From Camelus dromedarius (lineage: Eukaryota), in the NCBI RefSeq assembly GCF_036321535.1, contig NC_087436.1, positions 38,442,001-38,506,000 of the forward strand: a stretch of 64,000 bases of DNA, read 5' to 3'. Within the stretch, counting starts at the first letter, position 1, and each line of letters opens with the position of its first letter. Shown piece by piece: positions 13,811 to 26,290 of this stretch. Under the pieces are notes generated by a model. It made no database searches and was not told where the DNA came from. It was given only the letters and a program-made list of their open reading frames with translations. The translations under genes and the position numbers were made by a program.

Positions 13811-15323
13811 ATATTGTGTATAACTAAGATAACACATTAATTTTGGGATTTCATAATAGTAATTTCTTGCTCTTAATGCACTCATTTATATTTGCAAAAA
13901 TTTAATTTTCTCTCTACTTGCTACATTATAATGCTAACAAATATTCATTCCCATTTCCTGTTTTGTAATTCAAACTAGAGGGAAAAAAACATGAAAGTCA
14001 AATGGAAGCAATTTGATTTGATCTTTCTAACTAAACTTTCTGTTATCTAAATCTGAACCTTTTCACTGACTAGCAGTTATCTGTAACACAATAGCAATTA
14101 TCATCAGGGATGAGACTTAGATATGTTCCTGGTACTTTCCTCTGAGGATTGCTCAGCCTTCAGAAACAGCTGCCTCTGGGCTAGCTCAGCCTTAAGACTG
14201 GGGGAGGGATGGGGGCCCTGAAATTACCTCTCACATATTGATGGATAGAGAATACATCTACTGGGAGGGGAGTTCCATTTACCTGGCTTCAGGTTGTATG
14301 TAGAAGTTCATCCACTGAAGCAACCTTTCTGACTTCTGCTCCAACCAGGTGTGGAAAGATGTACCTGACAGGAAAGTTTGGGAGGAACATCTGGGCCATT
14401 CAGTATGAGCCACTCTTCCTTCAATGACAACCTGACCTGGGAGCCATGCACAGCTCTCTGTGATGGAGTCAGAGACCTGCCCTAAGACGGAGGCTTGTGC
14501 TTGTCAGCTGTGCCAGTGGCAAAGTAGGTAACCCTGTCTAAATTGGAGGTTCATAACTATTTAGCTATAGGTCTCAAGAAATCCCAGTTTAACTAGGTAA
14601 AATTAGTAGACTTACTAATGAACAAATAACAATTAGTGGAGGTTTATATTATGAAAGAATAAATCACATTTTTGGGTTAAGTAAGGGAGAAATACCACTC
14701 AGTGGTCATATGGAATCCAGAGGTTAAGAGTTTAATTTAAAAGAACAATGTCTGGAATACTCTGATTCTAGAAATCAGCTTTCTGTTTAGTAAAAGTGAC
14801 CTATTAAGTTTTCTTCTTTTGAGAGCCTACATCTGTCTCTGGGTTGGTTGCAGACTCAGGATGGGGAGAAAGGAGTAGTACTTATTGATCCACTCAGACT
14901 CCAACATCTTGGTAAATGAATAGGGAATCTTGAGAAATAAATAAGAAAAGGATGAGGGAGGGGACAAAATAGCATGGGAAAGTGATGTTCTGCTCAAGGC
15001 CGGGGCTGTACTGTGTTAGGCCATGTGGGCTTTCACGCCTGAGTGGGCATGTAGTCAGACAGGTAATCCGAGACTATTTTGACAGCTTTGGCTGACCTTG
15101 CAGGCGTGGCTGAGGCAGAGATGAGGTGTTTCTAGGCATTGTTGGGTGAAATAATATTTGTAGCTTTTATCATGTCTCCGAGCCAATTCCTCAGACCTGT
15201 ACTTTGAAGTCTGAGGGTAGATGTATGGCACAGCCTTAAGACGTGGCTGCTATCTGGGCCTTGTCCAATTCCAAGATGTGTCACCTGCTCTGGGACCTTC
15301 AGGTCACTGTTCACAGTGATAGA

Positions 15324-16703
15324 ATGAGGGGAAGCCCTTTATAGAGAGATAAACTGTGTCCTTTCCACACGGTCCATTTGAATCACAGAGTCTTTAGCAG
15401 CAGATGCAGATGCATCCCAGAGGGTTCTTTTGCCTACACAGAAAACAAATGATGAAGGATGTGAGCAAAACAGAGGAAGTCTGAAGAGCTCTTTGATGAT
15501 GATGATAACTGCCTACAGCACTTGGAAGAATCATCTGGGCCCTCCATGCTGAAATCCAAAATACCTTTAGTGCACCTAACTGGAGAGAGGAGAAAGAAGA
15601 AACTTAAAGGAATTTTAGGCCCCAGAATTAAGTGCCTTAGTCAGCATTTGCATCAGAGTTTAAGGAAGGTATTGAATTGGTAATAAAGAAGCTCTTATTT
15701 TGGGCCCCCGACTGGATGTGGATCCTGACATTGTTTCAGCTCTTGGTGATGATTTCAACTTTGATGATCCAGAGAGTCCATGTGAAGATGATTTTATCTT
15801 CCAGACTTTTGGGGGAACAAGAGGGGAAGTGGGAATGGATGTACAGATATCTGAAGCTGAAAATGGCAGTGAGTAGGAAGATATGGATGAGAAGAAAAGT
15901 GATGGGAGGAATGATGGTTCTGATTTGTAAAGCCCATTCTCAAATGAAGATGATTTATCTGGCTGGACAAATCTCACGGAGTCATAGGAAGCCATTTCAG
16001 AGAAATAAAAAATCACTTCATAGAGAATTCTATTACTTTCTCAGTCATGAGAAAAATGAACAGCTGGCCCTAAATGAGCAGTTTGAGTTTTATGAGCAAT
16101 AAGATGATAAGATTGGTGCTCTGGATAATGCCAAATTGGAGGATTCCATTCATGTAGGTAGCAATTGGTTACATGAAGTTTTGAATGACGAACATAAAGA
16201 GAAGGCAGAGAATTGTGTAAACTTGAAAACACTTTACAACTTTGAGGATGAAGTGTGCCAGTAAATGAGACTGATGGTCTGAGGATGAAGAGACGCTTTC
16301 TATTATTCTAGAAGAAGCAAAAGAGAAGTGGGATTGTGAATCCATTTGCAGCACATGCTCACATTTATTCAACCATCCTTAGCTTATCAAGTATCAATCA
16401 AAGCCTGAGCAAATCTAAATATTTACTAAAATAAGAATACCTCTTAGCTGTTTACCAAAGAAAGGACTCACAGCAAAGCAAGCTAATAAGTGCAGATGAT
16501 TAATGACAGTGGTCTGCCTAAGGTATCAACTCAACCACACTCTAAAAATGAAAGCAAAGAAAATAAAAGGGCAGGAAAGCAAGCTATAAAAGAAGAACAC
16601 AGGGAACAGAGACTAGAGAATACAAATTAGCCTTCAAACCGGAGAAAAGAAGCAGGAAAAGGAGATGCTGAATTTGAAAAGTGTTAAGGGTCCAAAGTTA
16701 TGA
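15324..16703 (+). pseudogene. LTV1: Processed pseudogene of LTV1 (40S ribosome biogenesis factor)
   Basis: Intronless and collinear LTV1-like peptides: KPFIE, LAADADASQRVLLPTQK, GPRLDVDPDIVSALGDDFNFDDP, NEQLAL..FYEQ, EEAKEKWDCESICSTCSHLFNHP*LIKYQSKP, RKQAIKEE. Many stops and frameshifts; terminal TGA at 16701-16703. Confidence 0.9.
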
Positions 16704-16914
16704 AAATGGGACATTTAGAAAAAGGCACATCTCTTATTAGAGACTCCCATAGAGAGAGTCTGCAGATCTGCTCTGTCAGCAGAGGACATATGTAGTGGAC
16801 ATTGGCCAGTGACACTGGGAAGACAGACTGGGATTGACTTGTGGCTTTGAACTTCTAAATAAAGAGCTTGGACTTTATTTTATGAGCACTTAAAGAAATA
16901 GAGTTGATTTAAAA

Positions 16915-17240
16915 TAAAATTTTTTATTATGCAAAATTTCAAACATATGCAAGATTATAAAGAACTGTATAGTGAACCTCCATGTACCCATCATCTAGTC
17001 TCAGTGAGCATCAGCTCTGGCCTGTCTTAGTCTGTCTATACTCCCATCCATGTATTCTCACTCCATGTGCTTTGAATCAAATCCCAGGCATCACATCAAT
17101 TATTCATAAACATTTCAGTAAGCATGTATAAAATATAAGGACCTGTTTTTCTTTTAATACAATCTCAATACCACTATCAAATCTAAAAAATAATAATTCC
17201 TTAATATCATCAAATACACAGGCAATGTTCAAATTATGAA
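16915..17240 (-). mobile_element. L1ME-type 3' end
   Basis: tttttattatgcaaaatttcaaacatat...gaacctccatgtacccatca. Confidence 0.6.
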
Positions 17241-18114
17241 CTGACCAAAAATTTTTAAGAGAAAAATTATGTGGTGAAAGCAATGATTTAGAAAAGTTAC
17301 CATGGTGCCAGTGTACAAGACGTATTACAGCCAAGTAAATCAGCACAGAGAAGGGGAAGTATAAAGGCCATAACCAAAGGACAGACATGAGACAGCCAAG
17401 GGGTTAGCTAGTGTGATGGCAACTGGGATGAAACCATGGACCCTGAGTGAGAGACAGACTGGATAGGTCTCCATGAAAGCAAAGATGAAGGAAGAGCAAA
17501 AAGAGGAAGAGCAGTGCTTCTCCTGGGACAGAGAAGCACAAGGCATAATTGATATAGGATGAAAGACGGTGAATTTAGTCATGTATCTATTGGCTTTAAA
17601 GATGGATGCCTGATTGGAAATGTATAGAGAATACCTAGAAGATGCCAACCATGGTTTGAGGGAGAGACTGGGATTAGAGATTCAGATTCGAGAATCAGAG
17701 GTCATGGTTAATTGAGAGAACGTGTATAAAAGAGAAAAACAGTAAAGGGCAAGGCAGAATTTAATGCTTGCCTTAAGGAACTAGAAATTAAAACAAAAGT
17801 CATGAAGGGAGATAGAAATGGAACAGCCAAGGAGGTGAGAAAGAAACAAGAACTGAGAATTATCACAAAAGCCAACTTGAAGAAGGATGGAGAACCCCAA
17901 AATATAAAATGTACAGGAAAATATTCTGTGGAATCCAAAGTGCACTAAATGCTCAGTCATATTCTAACATATATTCCGCACCTCTTAAAGAGTTTCTATC
18001 ACATGCCAAAGACTATGCTGAAGGTCCTGGCTATGAGGTGGGAAAGCTGGCTCAGACCTTTCCTTCTTAGAGCTAACAGTGTAGTGAGAGAAGCAGCTAT
18101 TAATCAACTGATTG

Positions 18115-18168
18115 TGCAAATAAATAATTACCAACTGCAATGCAAATAAATAATTACCAACTGCAATG
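18115..18168. repeat. Perfect 26-bp tandem duplication (tgcaaataaataattaccaactgcaa)x2
   Basis: Seen directly. Confidence 0.95.
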
Positions 18169-21100
18169 AGTACAATGTGGGGAAATCTCTGGATTCTGAA
18201 AATCATTGAGATCTAAGTAAGAAAACTATTGTGTAAACCTAAGTGTTAATTTCATTAAATCAAATGTATACTGCCTGACCTGCTACAATAATTAAGTTTT
18301 AAATCTAAAATGTAGATGAGTAATGAATCTGGACATTAAACTGTCTTCCAGTTGAATTTTTTAATATACAGAAGTTCCTTATATACAGAAGCCATTCTAT
18401 TAATCATATTAAAATGCTGCTATACAGTAGAATAAGTACAAATGAACATCACAGTTCTTTTTTGGTATTTGTTATTATTAAGAATGGCTGTATTTTAAAA
18501 TCTAGTTTCACTGCCTTACCTACCAATTTAGCCTTAAAACCTTACTTGAAAAAATAATGTAATCCTATACATTTACTGACATTTAAGTTGTGTGAAAAGT
18601 AAGCAGTAATTAGCATTAATGTTTCTTAAAGACCATCCGCTTTTAATTTTTCTTCAGATGTTTTATCAGCCTTCACTGAAAAATATTTACTTTCCAAAGA
18701 TTAGTCATGATTGAAACAATTTTTAAAAAGGGAGAAAAATTGGTAGAACTGACCATTATACAATAAAGTTGGAATAGTAATATCCAAAATATGTTGGTAA
18801 ATGCTTTTTTCTTGACTACTTTGCAAATGTTTCAATGTTATGCTTTTAATTATGTAATCTGTCCTCCTTAAAAAAAGGCAGTAAGTAATTTGTGGCCTCC
18901 TGAATTATCTTATGTATCACTTTCAGGCATCACTGATGAGTTCCAGCAATCAAATTTTGAGCAATGATTATCTAAAATAATTTACTAAAGCCTTAGAATT
19001 TTTCGTTGTACCATACTGAAAAATATTTCACTATATTTCAAGACTTTAGATTAAATGAGTTGAATTGTGAGCAAAATTAATTCAATCTATAGTTTTAACT
19101 TAATACACATTGCTTATAAACTTTAATTTTAAATTATTTCTTCTTGATTTCAAAGTTGTCTTACACACTGCCCATGTGCATATGGTATGACTATGAACTG
19201 AAAAAGCATCAGATATGAAGAAGGGCATTCACAAACTAGTATTAAGGTAGTCCAAAAAGTAAATATGAGAATCATGTTAACTTACTGTATTTTCGGTCTA
19301 AAAAATGCTAATCTATTAATTAAGTTATTACCATAAGGAGCTTACTTAATAAATACAAAGAGCACCATACTGAAAAAATATACACTAGTTTTAGATGTTA
19401 TCAAAATCACAGTGTAATTCAAATAGGCATTAAAATACTTTGAACTTCAAGTAAGTCCATTTATATGGATGTTCTCACAGGCTGTAGAAACTCCCCACCA
19501 TGTTCATTTTAAGATGGATATATACAGCATTTACTTCAGTTCCCAAAGTGTGGGGATAAAACAATCTACAGAAGCTTTTTATAGGGTTTAAAAGAGTTCT
19601 AATCACCCATGCCAACTGCACTCCTCTCTCAACACAAAACTTCTTTTGAAACCAAGCATTCATTTGCTAAAACAAGGCATCTGCTGTTAAAGAGATTGAT
19701 TATCCTAGGGCCTGACCTAATTGGGAGATTAGATATGGTTCTCTACTCTGGATGGCACAGTTTATAAAGAAAAAAAAAAAAGTTAAACCAAAAAAGAGCA
19801 AACTTCTTTTGAACTCCAGTGCACTTTTATTTAATTCTATTTTTTTCTTTAAATAGAAACAAATAGCATTGCAAATGGCAGGTTGGTGAAATTAGCGTGT
19901 TATAAATTACAAATGTATTGAGATTAATGTGTCATTTCATTAGTAACAAGTACATATCCACTTTCAGCACATAAACCAAATATTAACCCCAAAAAAAACT
20001 TTTTTGGTCATATTCCACTGAATTAAGATCACTATATAACAGATACCAGCCCCCCCCACACACAAATCCAGCCTTTTACTGACGGTATCATTTCAGTGTT
20101 TCCTATAGCCAGTTAGGTAACCATTTCTCTCCCAAACACAGACATCACCTCATTGCTGTGGCTAATTGCATTTTTCTTCCTAGCCTTTGACAACTAGACC
20201 TTTGTTAATGCTATTCATCAGTATATCAGACTTAGGTCATCCATCCAAAACATGACAAAAGACCCAGATGCTCATGTAAATTGCACTCCCCAAAAGTACT
20301 GCCCTCTTCCTCCATGCAGATACAGATCCCTGACCCCCTCCCATTTTTGTTCACTCCCTCTGTTTTCACTTAATTTGTCATGCTTGGAAAGAAGTATTTA
20401 TTCATAGGCTTTAAGAAACATTATGCTTTGTTTATTTAATAGATCAAATAATCAGTTAATTATGAAGTTACATATAATTTTCATACAAAATTTAGCAATT
20501 GCTTATTCCAGTTGAACTTCAAAATTAGATTCATTTTCCAGAAGTAAAGACTTCCTTCTATTCATTTTTTAACCCATTCTTGAACTTTCAAGATAAAACG
20601 AAATTTGATTGTCCTCTTTCACTAAAGAAAAAAGGTTTCAAGTAGAAGTGTTCAAGCAGAAGGACAGGACTGAATCATTCACAAATTATCTCATAATGAA
20701 AAAGGCCGTTTAACAACTTGATGTTTTCTTATTGCCTTCAGTACAATTCACATTAAGCACTAATTACTTAAAACTTCTACTTTCTAAAGCCTTAAGTAAC
20801 TTAAAAATAATTTCAAGACTTACAAACTATTCTAATGATGCTTTTAGAGGGTGATTACTATAGATTCAAATGGCATAGGGGTCCTACTATGTGTGCAGTT
20901 ATATCCATATTCCAGGACCAAGACTTCTTTCTATTCATTTTCACCCTTGATGCCTTTTCATCTCACACATTTTAATATCCACTATTTTTTGGATACTAAG
21001 TCACTGTAAGAGAAAGCAGAAATGGATAATTTTTAAATAGAAAACATTTTATTCAAATAGCAACCAACAGCAATACTTTGATGTTATAAAGACAGTATAA

Positions 21101-22603
21101 AAACCAAAGTAATGTGTGTAATTTTCTGATCTTAATTTTAATGACTTTCAAATTTAATTAAAATTGAGTGAAAACTTTGTAAAAATGGTAAAAACATCTA
21201 GGTTTCCTAGAGCTACCGTCCACTCACAAATATAAGCACACGAAATTCAATATGCTCATGTGCTGGTCATACCAAAAAAAGGCAGAACTACTTTGTTGAA
21301 CTTATATAATGAAATGATATCAAGCACTAGTGGCCATTCAAGCTTAGCAAATATTATGGAATGTATCAGTGACATTAGGAACTGAATGGTACAGCTCATC
21401 AGTTTGTTGGGATTCTCACAGTGAGGCTGAAATGTGCAGGCCTAGTGTCTGAATAAAGTCAGGACAGAGAACAGGACAGCTCACTCATACAAAAAGAGCA
21501 GCAGAAGATAGAGCAAATATGATCAAGAGGAAAGGATAGGAGATTTGTTAAATGACTGAAAATTTGGGAGAATTAAAGAACCAAATCAAAGACACCAAAG
21601 GTGTCTTTGGTAAGGATAAAAACGGGGAAATTGATAAATCCAAGATAATGAGGCAAAACCAGGGATTCTCCTGGTAATTACAGCACTCACAGGAATTTAA
21701 ACTGAACAAATAAACAAATACTCTTGAGCGTTTCATGTCTTGACCGTTACTATAGCTTTGCAGTCTGTACTTTAAGTCAGCTATTATAATGTTCTTAAAA
21801 CATCACTGTGTATTGTTCCCAAGTTCAAAAACCTTCAGTGGTTCTCTAATGTCCTGGGTAAAGTCCAATATTTTTAGCCTGCTACACCAGACTCTCTAGA
21901 AAAAGGACCAAAATGTGATCTAATTACATGAAGACCATGTCCTGGGTAAAAGTGAGCTAGTTTGGTGCTTAAAACACTTTTGGTCCTTGATTTTCAAGTT
22001 CTGTGCCTATAATATCCTACTTACACGGCTACATCTAAAAAGGTTATTTCCTTGCTTTTCCTTTATGACCCAAACTGGACTTAATGGTCTCCATTAAACC
22101 CTTCCCAAGGCCACCACCCCTCTCTGCCAGCCGAAGCTCCAAGCACTCTTTAAGTTCTTGTTCTCCAAGAGACAGTCCCACAGTCATCTTTGAATTTGTT
22201 TCGCATTTGCTGCTTACATTCACTTGGTTTCATCTCATACCTCCTTATTTGCAGCTATTTTTGTGTATCAGCTCCCCAATTAGATTTGCCTGGCAAAGAA
22301 AGGCTGTTTTCTTTTCCCTCTTGTAGCCACACAGCACCACATCATGAGGTAAACAGCACTCAATAAATATCTATCAAGAAACAAATGCTCTGTATTGTTA
22401 TTTCTCCTTGGTTGACTTCTTTTCCCATTTCCCACAATGGCTGCTGAAAAAAAACATGTCTGCCTATCTTTGCCCTCCCCCACTTCCCTATCTTGCCTCT
22501 TTCTCCACTGAGAATTAAAAGTTATTGTAATTTATAGAGAAACAATGTATGTGAGAAATACAAACATAAACATATATACATGGTGACCAAATACATATAC
22601 ATA

Positions 22604-23382
22604 GTGATATATATTTGGTCTTCATCCACAGTTTCTGGATCACAGCCCCCAAAACCGTTGGAATTTCCTGATCAATAAGAACAAAAAGACAGTATTTGGT
22701 CTCCTGTCCTCAGTTCCAGAGAAAGCTACAGGGAAGGTAACTTTTGGGTCTCACCCAAGCGTGCTGGTTGCCAGGAAAACTAACCTTGTGATTAGGGGGT
22801 GAGAACTTGCAGTCCCACCTCCTGATTACCTGGGAGACAAGAGAGGCTGGAGGTTGAATCAATTTCCATTGGCCAATCATTTATTCAACCATGACTATGT
22901 AATGAAGCCTCCATAAAAACCCAAAAGGACAGTTTTTGCCCTTTTTCAGAGAGCTTCCGTGTAGGGGAACCAGAATGTTTCACAGACCACAGAGCCAGGC
23001 CCCACGCTCCATGAGGACCGACACTCCTTTGTTCAGGAGCTCACCCTATGTATCTCTTCATCTGGCTATTGACTTGTATCCTTTAATATCCTTTTATAAT
23101 AAATTGGTAATTAGTGAATAGACAAGTTTTCCCAAGTTCAATGAGCCGTTCTAGCATATTAATCGAACCTGAGGAGGGGGTCGAGGGAACTTCTCATTTA
23201 TGACCAGTAGGTCAGAAGCACATGTAACAATCTGGGCTTAAAACTGGTGTCTCAAGTGAAGGGTAGTCTTGTGGGACTGAGCCCTTTACCTGTGGAATCT
23301 GATTCCATATCTGGGTAGATAGTGTCAGAATTAAGTGGAATTCTCAGACACTGCTGGCATTTGCTTGTTGGTGTGCAAAAGC

Positions 23383-23418
<36 letters not shown>

Positions 23419-23430
23419 GAACTGGGTCCA
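22604..23430 (+). mobile_element. MER21-like solo LTR with terminal (CA)n
   Basis: gtgatatatatttggtcttc...aaaaccgttggaatttcctg; tgtaatgaagcctccataaaaacc; gtcttgtgggactgagccctt. Confidence 0.7.
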
Positions 23431-24699
23431 GGAAATCTTCGCAGTTATCCTCAAATAATATTTCATAAAAATAAGAATGTGTATACTCTCACCTCTCCTT
23501 TCTTGCATATTTTCATTTCCCAAGAAAAAAACTCTCTTTAAGGCTTATTCTCCATTTAGGTCCTTGATGCCAGTGTTTTCTGTGGACTCTGGCTCTATTA
23601 ATGAAACCTTTCCAACTTCCAACCTCAGTTTTTACATTTCTTCTGGCTCTCTTTCCTCTATACTCCTAAAAATAAAATTCCCAAGTGCAGAAGTTGCTCG
23701 TGTTATTTCCCCACTCTCCGTTTCTCTTACTCACAAAGCTTTTGCTTCTATCTCCTTATCCCTGACTTCCAAATTCATTGCAAAAGACTTCCATCCCCTC
23801 CGCATGACCCAAATTGCTTCCTCGTAGTTCACCAAAGATCTTTTAAGTGCAAAATCTAATGATGTCTTCCCAGTCATTCTTATTTTTACTGAATTGTGTA
23901 CTGAACTACTGAAATATTTTTCCACTCAACTCAAATTCACTAAGTTCATTTTTAGGACATTCATCTTAATGATTTGCCTCCTCCTTCTCCATTTCTTCTG
24001 AGTTCCTTTACTGCCTCTTCCTCCATGTGTCATTTTATTAGTTATTACTCTCAAATCCTTCTCCGAGTTTTTTTCCTGACCTAAACTAATCCAATTGCAC
24101 AAACTTAGTTATCATCTCTATGTATACAATTCCACTATGATATCCAAGATACCAGACGTTATTCTTCAGAATTCAAACACATATGAATACATTTTCAACA
24201 TGCCTCTCAGAATTGTCATCTCTTTACATTCTTACTGTACTGGACATCCTCTTTCCTTTTGTTGGAACTATCCACAGAGATGGCAAGGTGAATAGAAGGC
24301 TGGATTTAAATTACCATTCTGTCCCTTTGGCCAGAGTATTCGTATAGTGCACAAAATAAAAAACCATTCCTATTCTTGCAATCCTACTCAGGGTACCCTT
24401 TTTGCCTGCCCATGCTTAATCAGAAGAGATCATACTTCGCCCTGGACCCCACCTCTTCTCTCTTCCTCCACTTCTGGCCTCTTTCTCTTGTTCCAACCCC
24501 TATCCTAAGCCCAGGGTCTTCTCTCTATGCTGGGTTCACATTAGGCTTCCAGCCATTCAGGTTCACTGTGTTCCATTGGTATGGGAGGTTTTAGGAGTTT
24601 CCCATCAAGGTTGGAGGGAGGGACAGAGCACAAGGGTGGATTATTTAAAACATACTCAGACCTTCCTCATTTTCAGGATTCACATGCCACTATCATCCA

Positions 24700-24920
24700 A
24701 ACTGCCTGGACTTGATTCCAACTCTTCTAACTGGGTGACCTTGGATAAACTATCCAATTTCCTTCTGTAACTTAGTTTCCTCCACTGTGAAAATGCAGGT
24801 AGTAATAATACGTAACTCATAGGCTTATGAAGGGATTAAATAAATTAATTCACAAAGCACTTAGAAGAGCTCCTGGCAGAAAATAAGTGCTCAGTAAATG
24901 GTAGTTAGTATTTTTATTAT
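24700..24920 (+). mobile_element. MIR SINE
   Basis: MIR core: gtgaccttggataa...agtttcctccactgtgaaaatg...aagcacttagaa. Confidence 0.75.
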
Positions 24921-25759
24921 TGTATCATGTTTGTCAAAATGCCAAGAGAGTGTCCACCCCCATCTTTGCCTTATGTTGCATTATCTGAGGATTCCTTTAG
25001 TTATCCTGGACCAAACATGGACCAGAGCCAGGAAAGGTACATTGTAAAGTGGGGGGAAAAGCTAGCTAAATAATGACAATAACTAATAATAACAATAATA
25101 CTAAGAATAATATAGTGTCAGTAAGCCAAAACTTCACTTGCATTATCTCATGTATCTTACAAAAGTTTTATGTGGCAAGTACTATTGTTACCTCCATTTT
25201 ACAAATGAAGGGAAAAAAATCCTTAGATAATTTTTCTTACATTGTCCAGATAGTCTGCCTCTAAAACATTTCTAGAACATGCTAACTCAGCATCCTTTTC
25301 TTGCGCATTTGCCTATGAACTCTGCTTCTGATAGGTTGCTTAGAGATTCCTGCTTCTTCAGACAATGCTATGATACTCCACCTCTATGCTACCAGTAGTA
25401 AAGCTCTTTTTCATGTGATCCAAGTAGACTTTTGCCACATAAGAATTTGTCCAAACTCTTAGGGTTGGTTTTTTGTTTTACCCCTTCAGCAGCCTTAAGT
25501 GGAAAATGAATGAATAGGGTTCAGAAGTCTGGGGCACTCCTTCCCAATGAAGATAATGTGCTTTCCTCATAGGATTGTTCTGGCAGAAGCCAGAAAGAAG
25601 AATGATAACTCAAATTTCTACACAGGCATGCAAGTTGGCCATCCTAGCTACATCCATTCCATGTCTGCCTGGGAGAGGGGACAAGCAAGGACCACTACCA
25701 TCCCCAACTCAGGGTGACATATCCTTCAGCCAATAGGGTTTCTGTATACATTCTCTAAA

Positions 25760-26290
25760 CCAATGATTTCCAAAGTGGGATAATATGTGCATAAAACAAT
25801 TCACTGGAGTACAGGAAGAAATGTTAGAATTCCCACTTATGCTGATTTTTAATCTAAAAAATAAACTAAGCTGTACTAAAACGTAACAAATGGATTGACA
25901 CCAACACCCTCACAATCTGCATGTCAGAAAGGCACCAGTGATGACTGGTATCCCAGACAAATGAAGCTCAACCACTGCAAGTTTACGGGTCCTTTCTCTG
26001 TGCAGGTTAACTGTTAGTACTGTGCTATCTAACAAGAATTTCAGAAAAAGTAACACTCAGTATGTTCTTTCAAAGAAAGCGTGACTTTTAAAAAATGAGT
26101 AAATGTTTTTCAAAAGACATTCAAGCTACTGAGAGAGCATGTCTGTGTCAATTTTTTAAAAACTTCATCTACACATTAAAAAACTTGGAAACCAATTTTT
26201 CTAACCTATTTATAATATTTCTAAATTACAGATTAGTTCCAAAGACAATTAAAAGGTGGAAACAATTTATTCAATTAGTTCCAAACTAAT
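25760..26290. mobile_element. hAT-Charlie (Charlie4-like) fragment
   Basis: caatgatttccaaagtggga...cactggagtacaggaagaaatgttagaatt resembles the Charlie4 end. Confidence 0.45.

Noticed and set aside
15660..16372. ORFs in the LTV1 region as a functional retrogene
   Set aside because: Mostly off-frame or antisense; the true LTV1 frame has many stops and frameshifts
18115..18168. Short direct repeats as a CRISPR-like array
   Set aside because: Only two adjacent copies with no spacers, in mammalian DNA
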